NCBI RefSeq assembly: GCF_004010195.1 | Contig: NC_057728.1 | Coordinates: 42,575,484-42,639,483 of the forward strand | From: Chiloscyllium plagiosum | Lineage: Eukaryota | Direction: 5' to 3' | Length of the DNA stretch: 64,000 bases | Shown: positions 50,101 to 61,161 of the stretch, piece after piece | Layout: each line of letters begins with the position of its first letter | Numbering within the stretch: the stretch's first letter is position 1 | Position numbers and translations under genes: made by a program | The notes under the pieces: generated by a model | Databases searched by the model: none | Told to the model about the DNA's origin: nothing | What the model saw: only the letters and a program-made list of their open reading frames with translations

Positions 50101-50645
50101 ACACCGTACCAACCAACCCCACCGCCTCATGGCTGAATACTTCAACTCCCCCTCCCACTCCGCCATGGACATGTAGGTCCTGGGCCTCCTCCATCGCCAG
50201 TCCCGAACCACCCGATGCCCGGAAGAAGAACGCCTCATCTTCCATCTTGGGACAGTCCAACCACATGGCATCACGGTGGATCTCACCAGTTTCCTCATTT
50301 TCCCTCCCCCACCCCCACCTTATCCCAGTTCCCACCTTCCAACTTGGCACCGCCCTCATGACCTGTCCTACCTGTCCATCTTCCTTCCCACCTATATGCT
50401 CCACCTGCCTTTCTGACCTATCACCATTACCCCCACTTCCATCTATTGCACTCTCAGCTACCTTCCCTCCAGCCCCACCCCTTCTATTTATCTCACGACC
50501 CCTTCGGCTCACAGCCTCATTCCTGATGAAGGGCTTTTGCCCGAAACATGATTCTCCTGCTCCTTGGATGCTGCCTGACCTGCTGTGCTTTTTCAGGACC
50601 ACACTCTGAACTCTGACCTCCAGCGTCTGCAGTCCTCATTTTCTC
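47126..50645. mobile_element. Inverted (fold-back) Neptune-type Penelope insertion with 19-bp TSD, interrupted by a CR1 LINE
   Basis: Minus arm 47126-47210 plus 49105-~49555; plus arm ~49570-50645 with GIY-YIG (HVIYCIQC..LLYIGETG). Flanks cattttaaaaatatagtca (47107-47125) and cattttaaaaatgtagtca (50646-50664). Confidence 0.85.
47211..49104 (-). mobile_element. Relatively well-preserved 5'-truncated CR1 LINE (contains N gap ~47895-48222)
   Basis: ORFs 48641, 47880, 47656 and 47294: PGPDGLHPRVLKE, DWRVANVVPLFKKG, NYRPVSLTS, LVRPHLDYCVQFW. Confidence 0.92.
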
Positions 50646-50670
50646 CATTTTAAAAATGTAGTCATGATGA

Positions 50671-51120
50671 AAGGTTGCCTGTTTGATTAATATCCAGAGT
50701 ATTGGAGGCTGTGAATAGTTCTTGCACTGAGAGTATGATGCCCTTACATTGGCATTTAAATGTATATTTCATTTAAATGTTGAAAATATCAAATGTCAGT
50801 CCTGTTACATTTTCCCTTGGTTATGAGTGAGGATTCACTGTTCAAATGAATAAATTAATGAGAAGAAAACAGAAAAGTACTTCCTGGTTTTGGACCAGCA
50901 CACATCTAAAAATTTAGATAAGAACAATTATTGTGACTTCTAAATTGAAGGGAAAATGCCCTTCCTTTCCCAACAAATGCTATCAATGTCTTTGGCTTTT
51001 TACTGCCTTCCTTCATAGGCACTGTATGCAAGGGTTCATTCTTCAATTTTAAACACTGGTGGCAAGTATTGGGAGACTATTATACAGAGTGCATCATAGC
51101 CAAAATAATGCTGTCTTTGA
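50671..51120 (+). repeat. Copy 1 of a ~430-bp dispersed direct repeat
   Basis: Nearly identical to 58454-58876 apart from 17-nt and 10-nt insertions and scattered substitutions. Confidence 0.92.
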
Positions 51121-51531
51121 TCAGCATGTACATCTTTCAGCAGATGTCACTGAATTCTGCTGGAAAAGTGAGTCTTGGTGGATTTTTGTCCTTCCTGAGC
51201 CATTGTTGAACAAATATAGGATCCATGACTGCTGTATTGGCTTTGTTTAGTTAGCCAACAGAGGCCAAGAAATGTAACCTGGGATCTTCTAGGGTGTAAC
51301 TGTGGTACAACAATCACAAATCCTGCAATTTTGGTATCTTATTTGGGTTTGGTTAATGATTTGTCTTGCATGGAATACACGTGTGATTCCATAATTGCAT
51401 ATTTGTTGGAGTCAATTTATAATTTTTTTATGTAACGCTGTACAAATTAATTCATTGAAACAAACATTGGTTTCAACAAGCAATATACAGAAGTCCGTAT
51501 GCCCTTTTCAGACAACTAACCAAAATACCAG

Positions 51532-51870
51532 CAGTGTGATGGCTCAGTGGTTAGCACTGCTACCTCACAGCATCAGCGACTGAGTTTGATTCCACCTCAG
51601 ATGGCTGTCTGTGTGGAGTTTACGCATTCTTCCTGTGTAGGTGTGGGTTTCTGTTGAGTGCTCTGGTTTCCCCCACAATCCAATGATGTGTAAGTTAGGT
51701 GGGTTGGCCATGCTAAATTGCCCATAATGTTCAGGGATGTGTAGGTTAGCCATGGGAAATACAGGGTTAGTGTAGGTTGGATGGGTCTGGGAGGAATATT
51801 CTTCAAACAGTCAGTGTAGACTTACTTGACAGAATGGCTTATTTCCACATTGTAGGGATTATATTCTACT
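51532..51870 (+). mobile_element. HE1-like V-SINE
   Basis: tggctcagtggttagcactgct A-box, gtttgattcc B-box, V-domain. Ends ~90 nt before exon 51962. Confidence 0.82.
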
Positions 51871-51961
51871 CTATTATTATATATGCTAATAATATAATTT
51901 CAGCATCATTAATGTATGTTACCTCCAATGTTTCTGGTCAATCAACCTCTGGTCACTTTAG

Positions 51962-52182
51962 GCTGTTGTAATGGCAATCCTGCTGATGATCTCAAGCTAC
52001 CAAATGGAACCATTGTCACAGAAGTGGAAAATGTAGGCCTTTTCCTTGAAAGTTGGATGGTTGAAACATCTGGACTGGAAACTAACTGTTTCAGATGTCG
52101 AAAACAAAACTGCACCACTGGTAACTGTACTGCTTGCTTTGATATGTTGAATCAGAATCCTTGGACCTTGTGCCATCAACAT
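51962..52182 (+). CDS. OTOGL: OTOGL exon, VWD end/C8 start: GCCNGNPADDLKLPNGT...PWTLCHQH
   Basis: Acceptor tttag|GC, donor CAT|gtaagt, phase 1-0. Within ORF 51916..52236. Confidence 0.92.
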
Positions 52183-52769
52183 GTAAGTAAAGATTTATTT
52201 CTTTTTGCAAATTACACAGCACATTTTAAGTTATGAATTATTTGAATTATTTGAGTGCAGTTGATGAAACATTAATAAATCGTTCTTTCAATGTCGCAGT
52301 GCAATTCACCAATGTCAAATTTTAAGAATACTACAAGTAATAAAATGCTGACAATTCAATGTGATTAAATTTATTTGGAATACCCTTTTCAATCACCTTG
52401 CAGGATGATCAATTCAAAGGGCTCTAAGAATAGACTAATTTACAAATAGTGGGAGGATCAAGCATTCATGAATCATTTGTATATATTTCTACATTTCACA
52501 ATATAAACTTTGAGTCAGAAAAAAATTGTATGGTTACTTTCTTTTGAGTATGGTTCATTTTTAAGTTGGAGTACTTCTGAAGTAATCAGAACCCTAGTAA
52601 AATCATTATGAATACTCTAATTATGATGTAACATTTGGGGTATATAATACTAGTTATTCAAATAACAATATTTGGAGGTATATGGTTTTTTTTAACCAGG
52701 TCAAAGGATGATGAATTAAAGGATCCTTTTTTTTATTATTGTTTTTCACAAATGTCTGTCCACCTCAAG

Positions 52770-52908
52770 GTTACTCCAGAAATATTTTGTGAACTGTGGA
52801 TCAGGGATTTCCACTATGTGACACATCAGTGTGATGCTTTGGCTTTATATGCAGCTGCTTGCAATAAATACAATGTTTGCATTCCCTGGAGGACTCCAGA
52901 ATTTTGTC
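52770..52908 (+). CDS. OTOGL: OTOGL exon, C8 domain: VTPEIFCELWIRDFHYVTHQCDALALYAAACNKYNVCIPWRTPEFC
   Basis: Acceptor tcaag|GTT, donor TGTC|gtaagt, phase 0-1. C8 motif Y...C......WR...FC. Confidence 0.92.
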
Positions 52909-53400
52909 GTAAGTTTTTAGTCTTGCTAACTTTTAATGATTACTACATAACATTTAGTTAGTATAAACTAAACATAGTAAATGCCCCATCACATCTGTTT
53001 TTGCATGGTTGAACAGTTTGCTATCAATATTCTATATTGATACTACAGAATGGAAATGAAGAAAAAAAATCTAATGAGGGGCTTACTTCCTCTCTTTTAC
53101 ATTGTTTCACTGCTCGCCTTATTATATTGAGACTCACACTAATTGCAGCGACAAAGTGAATATGTAGTGTAACATATGTAAGTAAATCTCCCTTTATTTA
53201 CAAACAAGCACAATCCTTTGCAGCAAGAAAAATAATTTAAAAGCCACCAAATTAGCAGTTTTACATAATTTTTCCTGATTATTTGATATAGATTGGCTGT
53301 AAATTCGGCTCACACACTGGAATAGGGCTGGATTTGTTGGAACCTGATTCAGGGTTCCTAGTCTCATTTCTGGCACTATACCTTTTGACAAGGTGCAATA

Positions 53401-53592
53401 AGATTAGATTAGATTAGATTACTTACAGTGTGGAAACAGGCCCTTCAGCCCAACAAGTCGACACCGACCCACCGAAGCGCAACCCATCCATACCCCTACA
53501 TTTACCCCTTTAACCTAACACTACGGGCAATTTAGCATGGCCAATTCACCTGACCTGCACATCTTTGGACTGTGGGAGGAAACCGGAGCACC
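53401..53592 (-). mobile_element. 5'-truncated HE1-like SINE with (AGATT)n tail
   Basis: agattagattagattagatt followed by the reverse complement of the SINE 3' half. Confidence 0.8.
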
Positions 53593-53832
53593 GTTTTTGA
53601 AGAGTGAGTTTGGGAGATCATATAATCTTTCAAAATCCCCTGTGCCCTATCGCAACCTACAGAGAAATAAGAAACACATCTTTAAAATATTTAGCATCTA
53701 AATTAATTAAATAGAACAAAGGTTGCTAGTTCGGTGATTTGTTGTTGCTGTATTATGTAGGAGCTTGTGGAAGCCAATGCAATGACATTTACAGCAACTG
53801 TTGAGTGTTTGAGGATCTTAGACTCAGAGTTA

Positions 53833-55337
53833 ATAGAACATAGAACATAGAAAAGTACAGCACAGAAACAGGCCCTTCGGCCCATGAAGTTGTGCCGAGG
53901 ATTATTCCTAATCTAAATAGGAATAGGAAAAATAATCTAACCTATGTACCTCTCATGTGCATGTCCAGCAGTTGCTTAAAAGTCCCTAATGACACTGCTT
54001 CCACCACCACGGCTGGCAACACATTCAATGCATTCACAACTCTCTGCGTAAAGAATGTACATCTGACATTTCCTTTATGCCTTCCTCCTAATATCTTAAA
54101 AGTATGACCCCTTGTGCCAGTCAATCCTGCCCTAGGGAAAAGTTTCTGGCTATTGACTCTATCCATGCCTCTCATTACCTTGTATACCTCGATCACCTCT
54201 CTTCCTCCTTCTCTCCAAAGAGAAAAGTCTGAGCTTAGTCAACCTCTTCTTAAGACAAGCCCTCCAGTTCAGGCAGAATCATGGTAAAACTTCTTGGCAC
54301 CCTCTCCAAAGCCTCCGTATCTTTCCAGAACTGGACACAATATTCCAAGTGTGGTCTCACCAGGGTCTTGTGTTGCTGGAAAAGCGCAGCAGGTCAGGCA
54401 GCATCCAGGGAACAGGAGAATCGACGTTATGGGCATAAGCCCTTCTTCAGGAATTCCTGAAGAAGGGCTTATGCCCAAAACGTCGATTCTCCTGTTCCCT
54501 GGATGCTGCCTGACCTGCTGCGCTTTTCCAGCAACACATTTTCAGCTCTGATCTCCAGTATCTGCAGACCTCACTTTCTCCTTACCAGGGTCTTGTAAAG
54601 CTGCAGCAAAACCTCACGGCTCTTAAACTCGATCCACCTATTAATGAAAGCCAAGACACCATATACTTTCTTAACAACCCTATTTACTTGGATGGCAACT
54701 TTGAGGGATGTATGCACTAGAACACAAAGATCCCTCTGTTCCTCCACACTACCAAGAATCCTGTATTTAATCCTGTATTCACCTTTCAAGTTCGACCTTC
54801 CAAAATGCATCACTTCGCATTTATCCACTCATACTGACTCAGTAGACAAATATCGTCAACAACCTTCATTTCTGTAGCTGTGATGCACTCTCTGATTAGC
54901 AATGCTGCACCCACTACTCTTTTTCTACCCTCCCTGTTCTTTTTAAACGTTATAAACCTTAGAACATCTAGCAAACATTCCTGCCCCTGTGAAACCCACG
55001 TCTCCGTTATGGCCACAACATCATAGTCCCAAGTAGTGATCCATGCTCTAAGTTCATTATTCTTATTTCTAACACTCCTTGTGTTAAACCAAACATACTT
55101 TAACCGATCCCTTTGTTTCATCGCGTGAAAAACCTTTCCAATAGATTCACTACATACTGTCACTGCCCCATCTACAACTACCTCCTTCTCAGACATGTAG
55201 CTCTGGTTCCCACCCCCTTGCCAAACTAGTTTAAACCCTCCAGAACCACATGAACAAATCTCCTATCCAAGACATTTGTGCCCCTCCAGTTCAGGTGCAA
55301 CCCATCCTTCTTGTCCAGGTCTCACCTTCCCCAGAAG
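53833..55337 (-). mobile_element. Internally deleted CR1 LINE (ORF1 end, APE start, RT 3' end, tail) hosting a Penelope palindrome
   Basis: Minus strand: DGLHLNW (ORF1 esterase), FNTRSVRNK and VAITETW (APE), then a jump at ~54827 to DKCEVMHFG. atagaac tail repeats. Confidence 0.88.
54369..54583. mobile_element. Palindromic Penelope-derived mini-element with 13-bp TSD
   Basis: 54369-54538 is a loopless 170-bp palindrome centred on GAATTC (54451-54456), one mismatch. accagggtcttgt at 54359-54371 and 54584-54596. Confidence 0.9.
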
Positions 55338-55554
55338 TTTGGATTTTAGACCAGTGGCATGTGGAGTTTGGTCTGTGTGTATGAAAGGGTTTAATGATTA
55401 ACTTGTCAGCATTTCTCAAGTTATGGCTTTTATACCAGTATTATTGAGGGAGCAACTCCTGGAATGAAAATGGGAATTTGTTTGTACTGTGATTGATTTA
55501 CAATCAGAGAGGTTTTCAGCCAAGCGTGGAAACCGTTTGACTGGATAATTTGAA

Positions 55555-56020
55555 TTTTTAACAAGCCTAGTGAAGAAAGGCAGAAAGTTTGAATGGGCAC
55601 AAGAATGTCAATGTTTCACAACTATGCAGACAACCTTATTGACTTTGTTATGCTGAATTATGAGAAGGCATCCAGACTGGCTGTTGATGCCAACAACATT
55701 GGTGTTTGGGCTATTTTACTGTGAGTTGGGGCTTGAATGGACTGTCAGTGATTTTTGAAATGAATTGACTGTCTGTTAACAATAATCTTCAGCAGTTGAT
55801 AAGGGGACATTGAGTCTGGGTAGGCTCTATAACATTTTGAAATATACACCACCAACAATGTGGCAGAAGATGTTGTTTACAAAGGATTTTCTTGGAAACA
55901 TTTCAGGGCAAGAATTTCTGATTATTCTGGGGGAGCTTAATTCTCCAATTGTATGATTTGAAATTAACTCATGTGCCTGGAAAAGAAAATGGTATAGCAG
56001 TCATTTTATTGAGAACACAT
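55555..56020 (+). mobile_element. Ty3/gypsy pol remnant (RT connection + RNase H)
   Basis: LTSLVKKGRKFEWAQECQ; LNYEKASRLAVDANNIGVWAILL; LQLYDLKLTHVPGKENGIAVILLR. Confidence 0.75.
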
Positions 56021-56321
56021 ATGAAGGATACTGAAAACTGAAATGCTCATGAACCTATGTAGAATATGGTTGCTGTGTAACTCATTGCATGTTTAATGTC
56101 AATCTGTTACTACTATTAATGTAACATAGAAATAGTGTTAAGAAAATTTTTTAATGGGTAATGAAGTTCTTTTTTAAGATACATTTTAGGTTACGTTGGT
56201 GTGAGATTTCTAGTTGAGCATTCCAAACCAGAAGAAAATGGTTAGAAATCTAAATGGATTATTTGATGGGCAGAACGTTTAAACTCAATTGAGTGACTAA
56301 TCAAAGAAAAGACCATCAAAA

Positions 56322-56680
56322 TGGCACAGTGGCTCAGTGATTAGTACTGCTGCCTCCCAGCGCCAGGGACCTGGGTTCAATTCCACCCTCGGGCAACTGT
56401 CTGTGTGGAGTTTGCATGTTCTGCCTGTGTCTGCATGGGTTTCCACCGGATGCTCTGGTTTCCTCCCACAATCCAAAGTTGTGCAGGTTAGGTGGATTGG
56501 CTATGCTAAATTGCACTTAGTGTTCAGGGATGAAAAGGTTAGGTGCATTAGCCATGGGAAATGTAGGGTTACAGAGAAAGGGTAGGGAAATTGGTCTAGA
56601 TGGGATGCTCTTCGGACGGTCGGTGTGAGCTTATTGGGCCAAATGGCCTGTTTCCAAACTGTAAGGATTCTGTCATTCTG
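56322..56680 (+). mobile_element. Full-length HE1-like V-SINE
   Basis: ggcacagtggctcagtgattag A-box, gggttcaattcc B-box, V-domain and CR1-like tail. Confidence 0.85.
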
Positions 56681-57236
56681 AATCTGTGAAAATCTCAAGA
56701 CTAGGAATTGAAAGAAGCAATTAAATCAAAGCTTTGGTGTTTGAGTACTATAAAGTGTTGATAGATCAGATTTTATTTCACTGCATATCATGAAAACTTT
56801 TAAATTATGTTATTTGTAAATAACTTGCTTTATTCTATTTCATGACTCACTTCTGTTTTATTGTTAAAACAAAATCTGCAACATTGAATGCTTGTGCTTT
56901 AGTGAAGGACACCATAGTAATCGAAAGCAACAAAAATGTAATCTATTGAGCCAGATTTTAGTCTGCCATCTGACTTGGCCAATAATAACTTCAGGTGTGA
57001 TCATAAGAAACACTTTTGACGTACTTTTCAATTTTGAAGGGGAGATGACCTTAATGGGTCACATCTTAAATGTAAACCACTGAGTGAACCTGCATAGTTC
57101 CTCCTTGCTTCTTTGTGATTCATTCTGTAAGATATTCAGGCAGAAGAGCTGCACTTATGGTGGTTGTTTAATATGCTAAATTTTGGAAGTGTTACTTTGA
57201 TAATTCTGTAATATGATTCTGCTATTTTACATACAG

Positions 57237-57428
57237 CACTTAGCTGCCCCGTAGGCATGGAGTACCAACCTTGTGTGCCAGCTTGCGAAAGTAAAACATG
57301 TCAAAACAAAGACTTCTATTTGGAGCACGACTCAACCTGTTCATTTGTTAGTGAGAGTTGTGTTTGTCCTCGAGGAACTCTGCTGCATCAACCAGACTCT
57401 AACTACTGTGTTACAGAGGAACAGTGTG
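57237..57428 (+). CDS. OTOGL: OTOGL exon, TIL domain: PLSCPVGMEYQPCVPACESKTCQNKDF...ESCVCPRGTLLHQPDSNYCVTEEQC
   Basis: Acceptor atacag|CA, donor TGTG|gttagt, phase 1-1. Ten-cysteine TIL pattern. Confidence 0.92.
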
Positions 57429-57699
57429 GTTAGTATATCTTGCAGTAGTTTAGAAGTATGCGCAAATAGCATTAACTCCACTCGACAATTTGCTGGCTAT
57501 TTGATAGTTCATTTAGTAAATTATTGGCATATGTTTCCTATTTATTTTGAGTTTAATACAGAAGTGAAAGTAGTACTAATGACCATTAGTGTTCCAATCT
57601 TTGTCCTTGTGCATGCATGTACTACATTTCACAGACAATGTAAAATAAAGATATGGGATGTAAGTGGCTTGGATTCTGCAAAATGATGATATAATTTGC

Positions 57700-58245
57700 A
57701 CAAACAAGACCAATGGTGAGATCTTGACAAAGGTGAACCATTTTCCCATAGTTTGCAAACTGCCTCTCAACAAAGGCAAACATAGACAAAGAAACTAAGG
57801 AAAGCCTCCTGTGTGCTCGCTCAACCTTCAGCCAATTTAAGAAAAGAACATTTGAGGATGTCAAACTTAAGTTTAAGGTCATAGTTTATTTCTATGAGTG
57901 ATTGCCGCATATCCATGTGCTTTCAAGATTTGAACAACCCACAATAGGCCTTGCAAAGGATCAGAGAAATAACATCAGGGCTGTCTTTACAAGATTCTTC
58001 AAATCCAGTGATCAGAAAGATGGTTGAATAGGACCATCTTGTCTCATGCCAACATGACAAGCATTGATGTGAGAATCACTCAAAACAACTCTGTTGAGAT
58101 GGACATGCTATCAGATTCCTAGAGCAACCAGTTAACTTAGAATATCACTTGGTGGCAGGAGATGCTCAGCAGGATTAAGCACATTCTCTCAAAGCAATCC
58201 TGAAGAGATCAAACATTCCTTTCTGTCATATTGACTTGTAGCTGC
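57700..58245 (+). mobile_element. RTE-clade LINE fragment
   Basis: Decayed NGEILTKVNHFP, LSTKANIDKE and STFSQFKKRTFED. Homologous downstream to 60520-60780. Confidence 0.55.
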
Positions 58246-58453
58246 ATGTTATACTTGCGTTGGGCTCCATTCCCCTAGGGTTTATTTATTAGATTTATTT
58301 CAATGCAGAGGTATTTTTGTTCTTAATTCAGTTCATTTATAGAACCCAAAACACTTTAGAATTTACAGAGGCTTCTCCAGACAGATCTGAAGATAGCTCC
58401 ATCACATTGTGAACTTTCTGAGGCTGTGGGATCATGCCAGTTCTGGATTGTAG

Positions 58454-58876
58454 AAGGTTGCCTGCTTGATTAATATCCAGAGTATTGGAGGCTGTGAATA
58501 GTTCTTGCACTGAGAGTATGATGCCCTTATGTTGGCATTTAAATGTTGAAAATATCAAATGTCAGTCCTATTACATTTCCCCTTGGTTATTCACTGTTCA
58601 AATGAATAAATTCATGAGAAGAAAACAGAAAAGCACTTCCTGGTTTTGGACCAGCACACATCTAAAAATTTAGGTAAGAACAATTATTGTGACTTCTAAA
58701 TTGAAGGGAAAATATCCTCCCTTCCCCAACAAATACAATCAATGCCTTTGGCTTTTTACTGCTTTCTTTCATAGGCACTGTATGCAAGGGCTCATTCTTC
58801 AATTTTAACCACTGGTGGCAAGTATTGGGAGACTATTATACAGAGTGCATCATAGCCAAAATAATGCTGTCTTTGA
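58454..58876 (+). repeat. Copy 2 of the ~430-bp dispersed direct repeat
   Basis: See 50671-51120. Confidence 0.92.
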
Positions 58877-60261
58877 AAGCAATTGCTTGTCTGGAATTAT
58901 TGCATTGTTGCTGGTCGACAAATTGTCCAAGTTTGCCATTTTCTTGTTGGGTAATCACTAGTTTCGCTCAATGATACCGTCTTTTTCTAGCTGTTGCAGT
59001 TTTCACGTCACCTAGGCACAGATTACAAATGATAATTGTCTCAGATTTTGTGAAACTGGCAGAGCTATTATGGTAATAATAGGAGCATGACAGTATCTTT
59101 TCCCAGGCTCTATAAATAAAGAAGGGTAAGGGTGCATATAGTCTGTATCATTGATCACTTTCATGTGCATTCCAGTGGTGTCTACAAGTTTGAATCAAGC
59201 TTTGGCATTTGGCTATGTAGGAAATGAACCTGTCCAGAGTGGAATTTTTGTACCAGACTGAAATTATGTTCATTGCTGAAACTGAAACAATAGAGTTGTC
59301 ATAAATTTGAAGTCTGCCTATTGCAGGATTTAGAGGAAATTACAAAAAATGTTGATGTTTGTTGAACTCGGCACTCAAAATAGATTCTCTTGTGCCATCT
59401 TCAATAAGCAATACTCATGATCTTGACTAAGTACTCCTTAAAATGATCTGGTGTTTTGCATTTTGAGATGGATTCTCCATGTAATACCTCACTCTCAGGA
59501 AGAGCCATGCAATAAGTTAATGAAGTTATTTTTGACATTTTTGAATCAATCCACTGAGAGATGTTAGTAAATACTTCTAGAGTAGGTACGACATGAACCT
59601 GGGCTTCCAGGTTCTGAGACAGAGACACTACCATGGCACGACAAGAGCCCTTAGCTGAAATCAACTTGCAAAATGATTCCACTTTGGGCATGAGTTGTGC
59701 TTTGCCTTTACGCTGAACATGGAGATGTGACATGGTGAGCATCTCCAGTATATTTTGTCCCAAAGTATTTTCAGCAAGCACTTAAAGCTGTATAAAACGC
59801 AGATGATATCATCTGTGAGCTGTGTCAATACTCACTGGCTTTCTGCTCTATGACAATATACAAGTACTGCTTTCTTGTAGACTGCCACTACATCTGTGTT
59901 GTTCATCTCCATAGTGAGCAAGTGGGTTTTGAGCCCTGAAATGTATTGCCTGCTCCCCCGCCCCCCCCCTCCCCCCACAGACAAGTAAGATTCTCCCATT
60001 AAATAATGAAATGATGCTGGGACCTGTATATTCTCCAACATCCCCATTGACATATATTATACCTGTTTGCTATCAAATATCTTGCTTTTCACTTGGTGTT
60101 ATCATCTAACCGATGTGTAAGTTCCAAGTTACTGTTTGATCTTGATCTTCTTCAGACATGAGAGAGAGGATGCATGATTTGGCCTCTTGATTCATGCCCA
60201 TTTACAGGCAGCAATGATCCACACACTCCTATTTGCTTCAGAGATGTGAATAATCTACAAG

Positions 60262-60482
60262 AGTTAAAAATCATACAACACCAGGTTATAGTCCAATAGG
60301 TTTATTTCGGAGCTCTGCCCCTTCACCAGGTGGTTGTGGAGTATAAGATCATAAGACACAGAATTTATAGCATAGAATTTATGTCTTTCAGTGCTTCCAA
60401 ATAAACCTGCTGGACTATAACCTGGTGTTGTATGATTTTTAACTTTGTATACCCCAGTCCAACACCGGCATCTCCAAGTCAT
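60262..60482. mobile_element. Fold-back Penelope-type mini-element (46-bp inverted arms)
   Basis: 60262-60307 is complementary to 60399-60444. Decayed hammerhead (minus CTGGTGAaggggcagagctccGAAA). Same family as 8883-9002. Confidence 0.78.
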
Positions 60483-60519
60483 AACCACTCGAGAAGCACC
60501 AGCAGTGGTATATTTGTAA

Positions 60520-61000
60520 GATCCTCCATATCTAGTGGCAAGAAAGATGATTCAACAACAGTGAATTCTTCCCAGTCAACATATATCAACAAGGCACTGA
60601 TCACCCAAAATCTATTTTGCTGGATAAGGTTTCTTGTTCCTTTGCTCAGCATCTGACGCAACTGTTATACTCAGAACTCAGAGTGGCAGCAGGATAAAGA
60701 AATCATTCGGCAGTGTCCTCAAAGCTTCCCTGAAGAGGTCAAACTGCCCTGCCGACACATGCGAGTCCCTGGCTTGTGATCGACTAAATGAAAAAATTAT
60801 ACACATCAAGGGACTTCATGGTCATGGAGCGGCATGGCAAGAATGCGCACATCTCACAACAACTCATCTGCCTCAGCATTCAAACACTACCTGCCCCACA
60901 TGTGACAGGGTCTACAGATTGCTCATTGAACTTATTTCTGATCCCATCAAAATAAAGTGAAGCAAGTTATACTCACTTCTGAGGGACTGCCAAATAAGAT
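60520..61000 (+). mobile_element. RTE-clade LINE 3' fragment
   Basis: ORF 60634..60960: VLKASLKRSN.PADTCESLACDR and a C-terminal CPTCDRV zinc-finger-like motif. Confidence 0.6.
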
Positions 61001-61161
61001 GAAGCCAAACCACTGCACAAAGGCATAGCTAAAAGAAGCAAACTCATTGATAGTGTGAAATTAAAGCACACATTTAGTTCCCTCAAAGTTTAAATCCTAA
61101 GCTTGGTAAAGCAGAAAACTTTAAGTCATATTGATTATTATTATTTCTGACTTTCTTTCAG

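Noticed and set aside
50517..50556. Sense-strand hammerhead as an active ribozyme
   Set aside because: Boxes are intact but the sequence after GAAA reads CATGATT, so the GUC triplet and ACGT palindrome seen at 30556 are lost.
49551..50609. 352-aa ORF as a functional or domesticated GIY-YIG gene
   Set aside because: It drifts between frames of a decayed Penelope ORF and runs through the terminal repeat. There is no RT core and no splice evidence.
56322..56400. tRNA gene
   Set aside because: A and B boxes belong to a SINE head followed by V-domain and tail, with several diverged copies in the window.
57273..57686. 137-aa plus-strand ORF
   Set aside because: Alternative frame over the TIL exon 57237-57428 running into intron.
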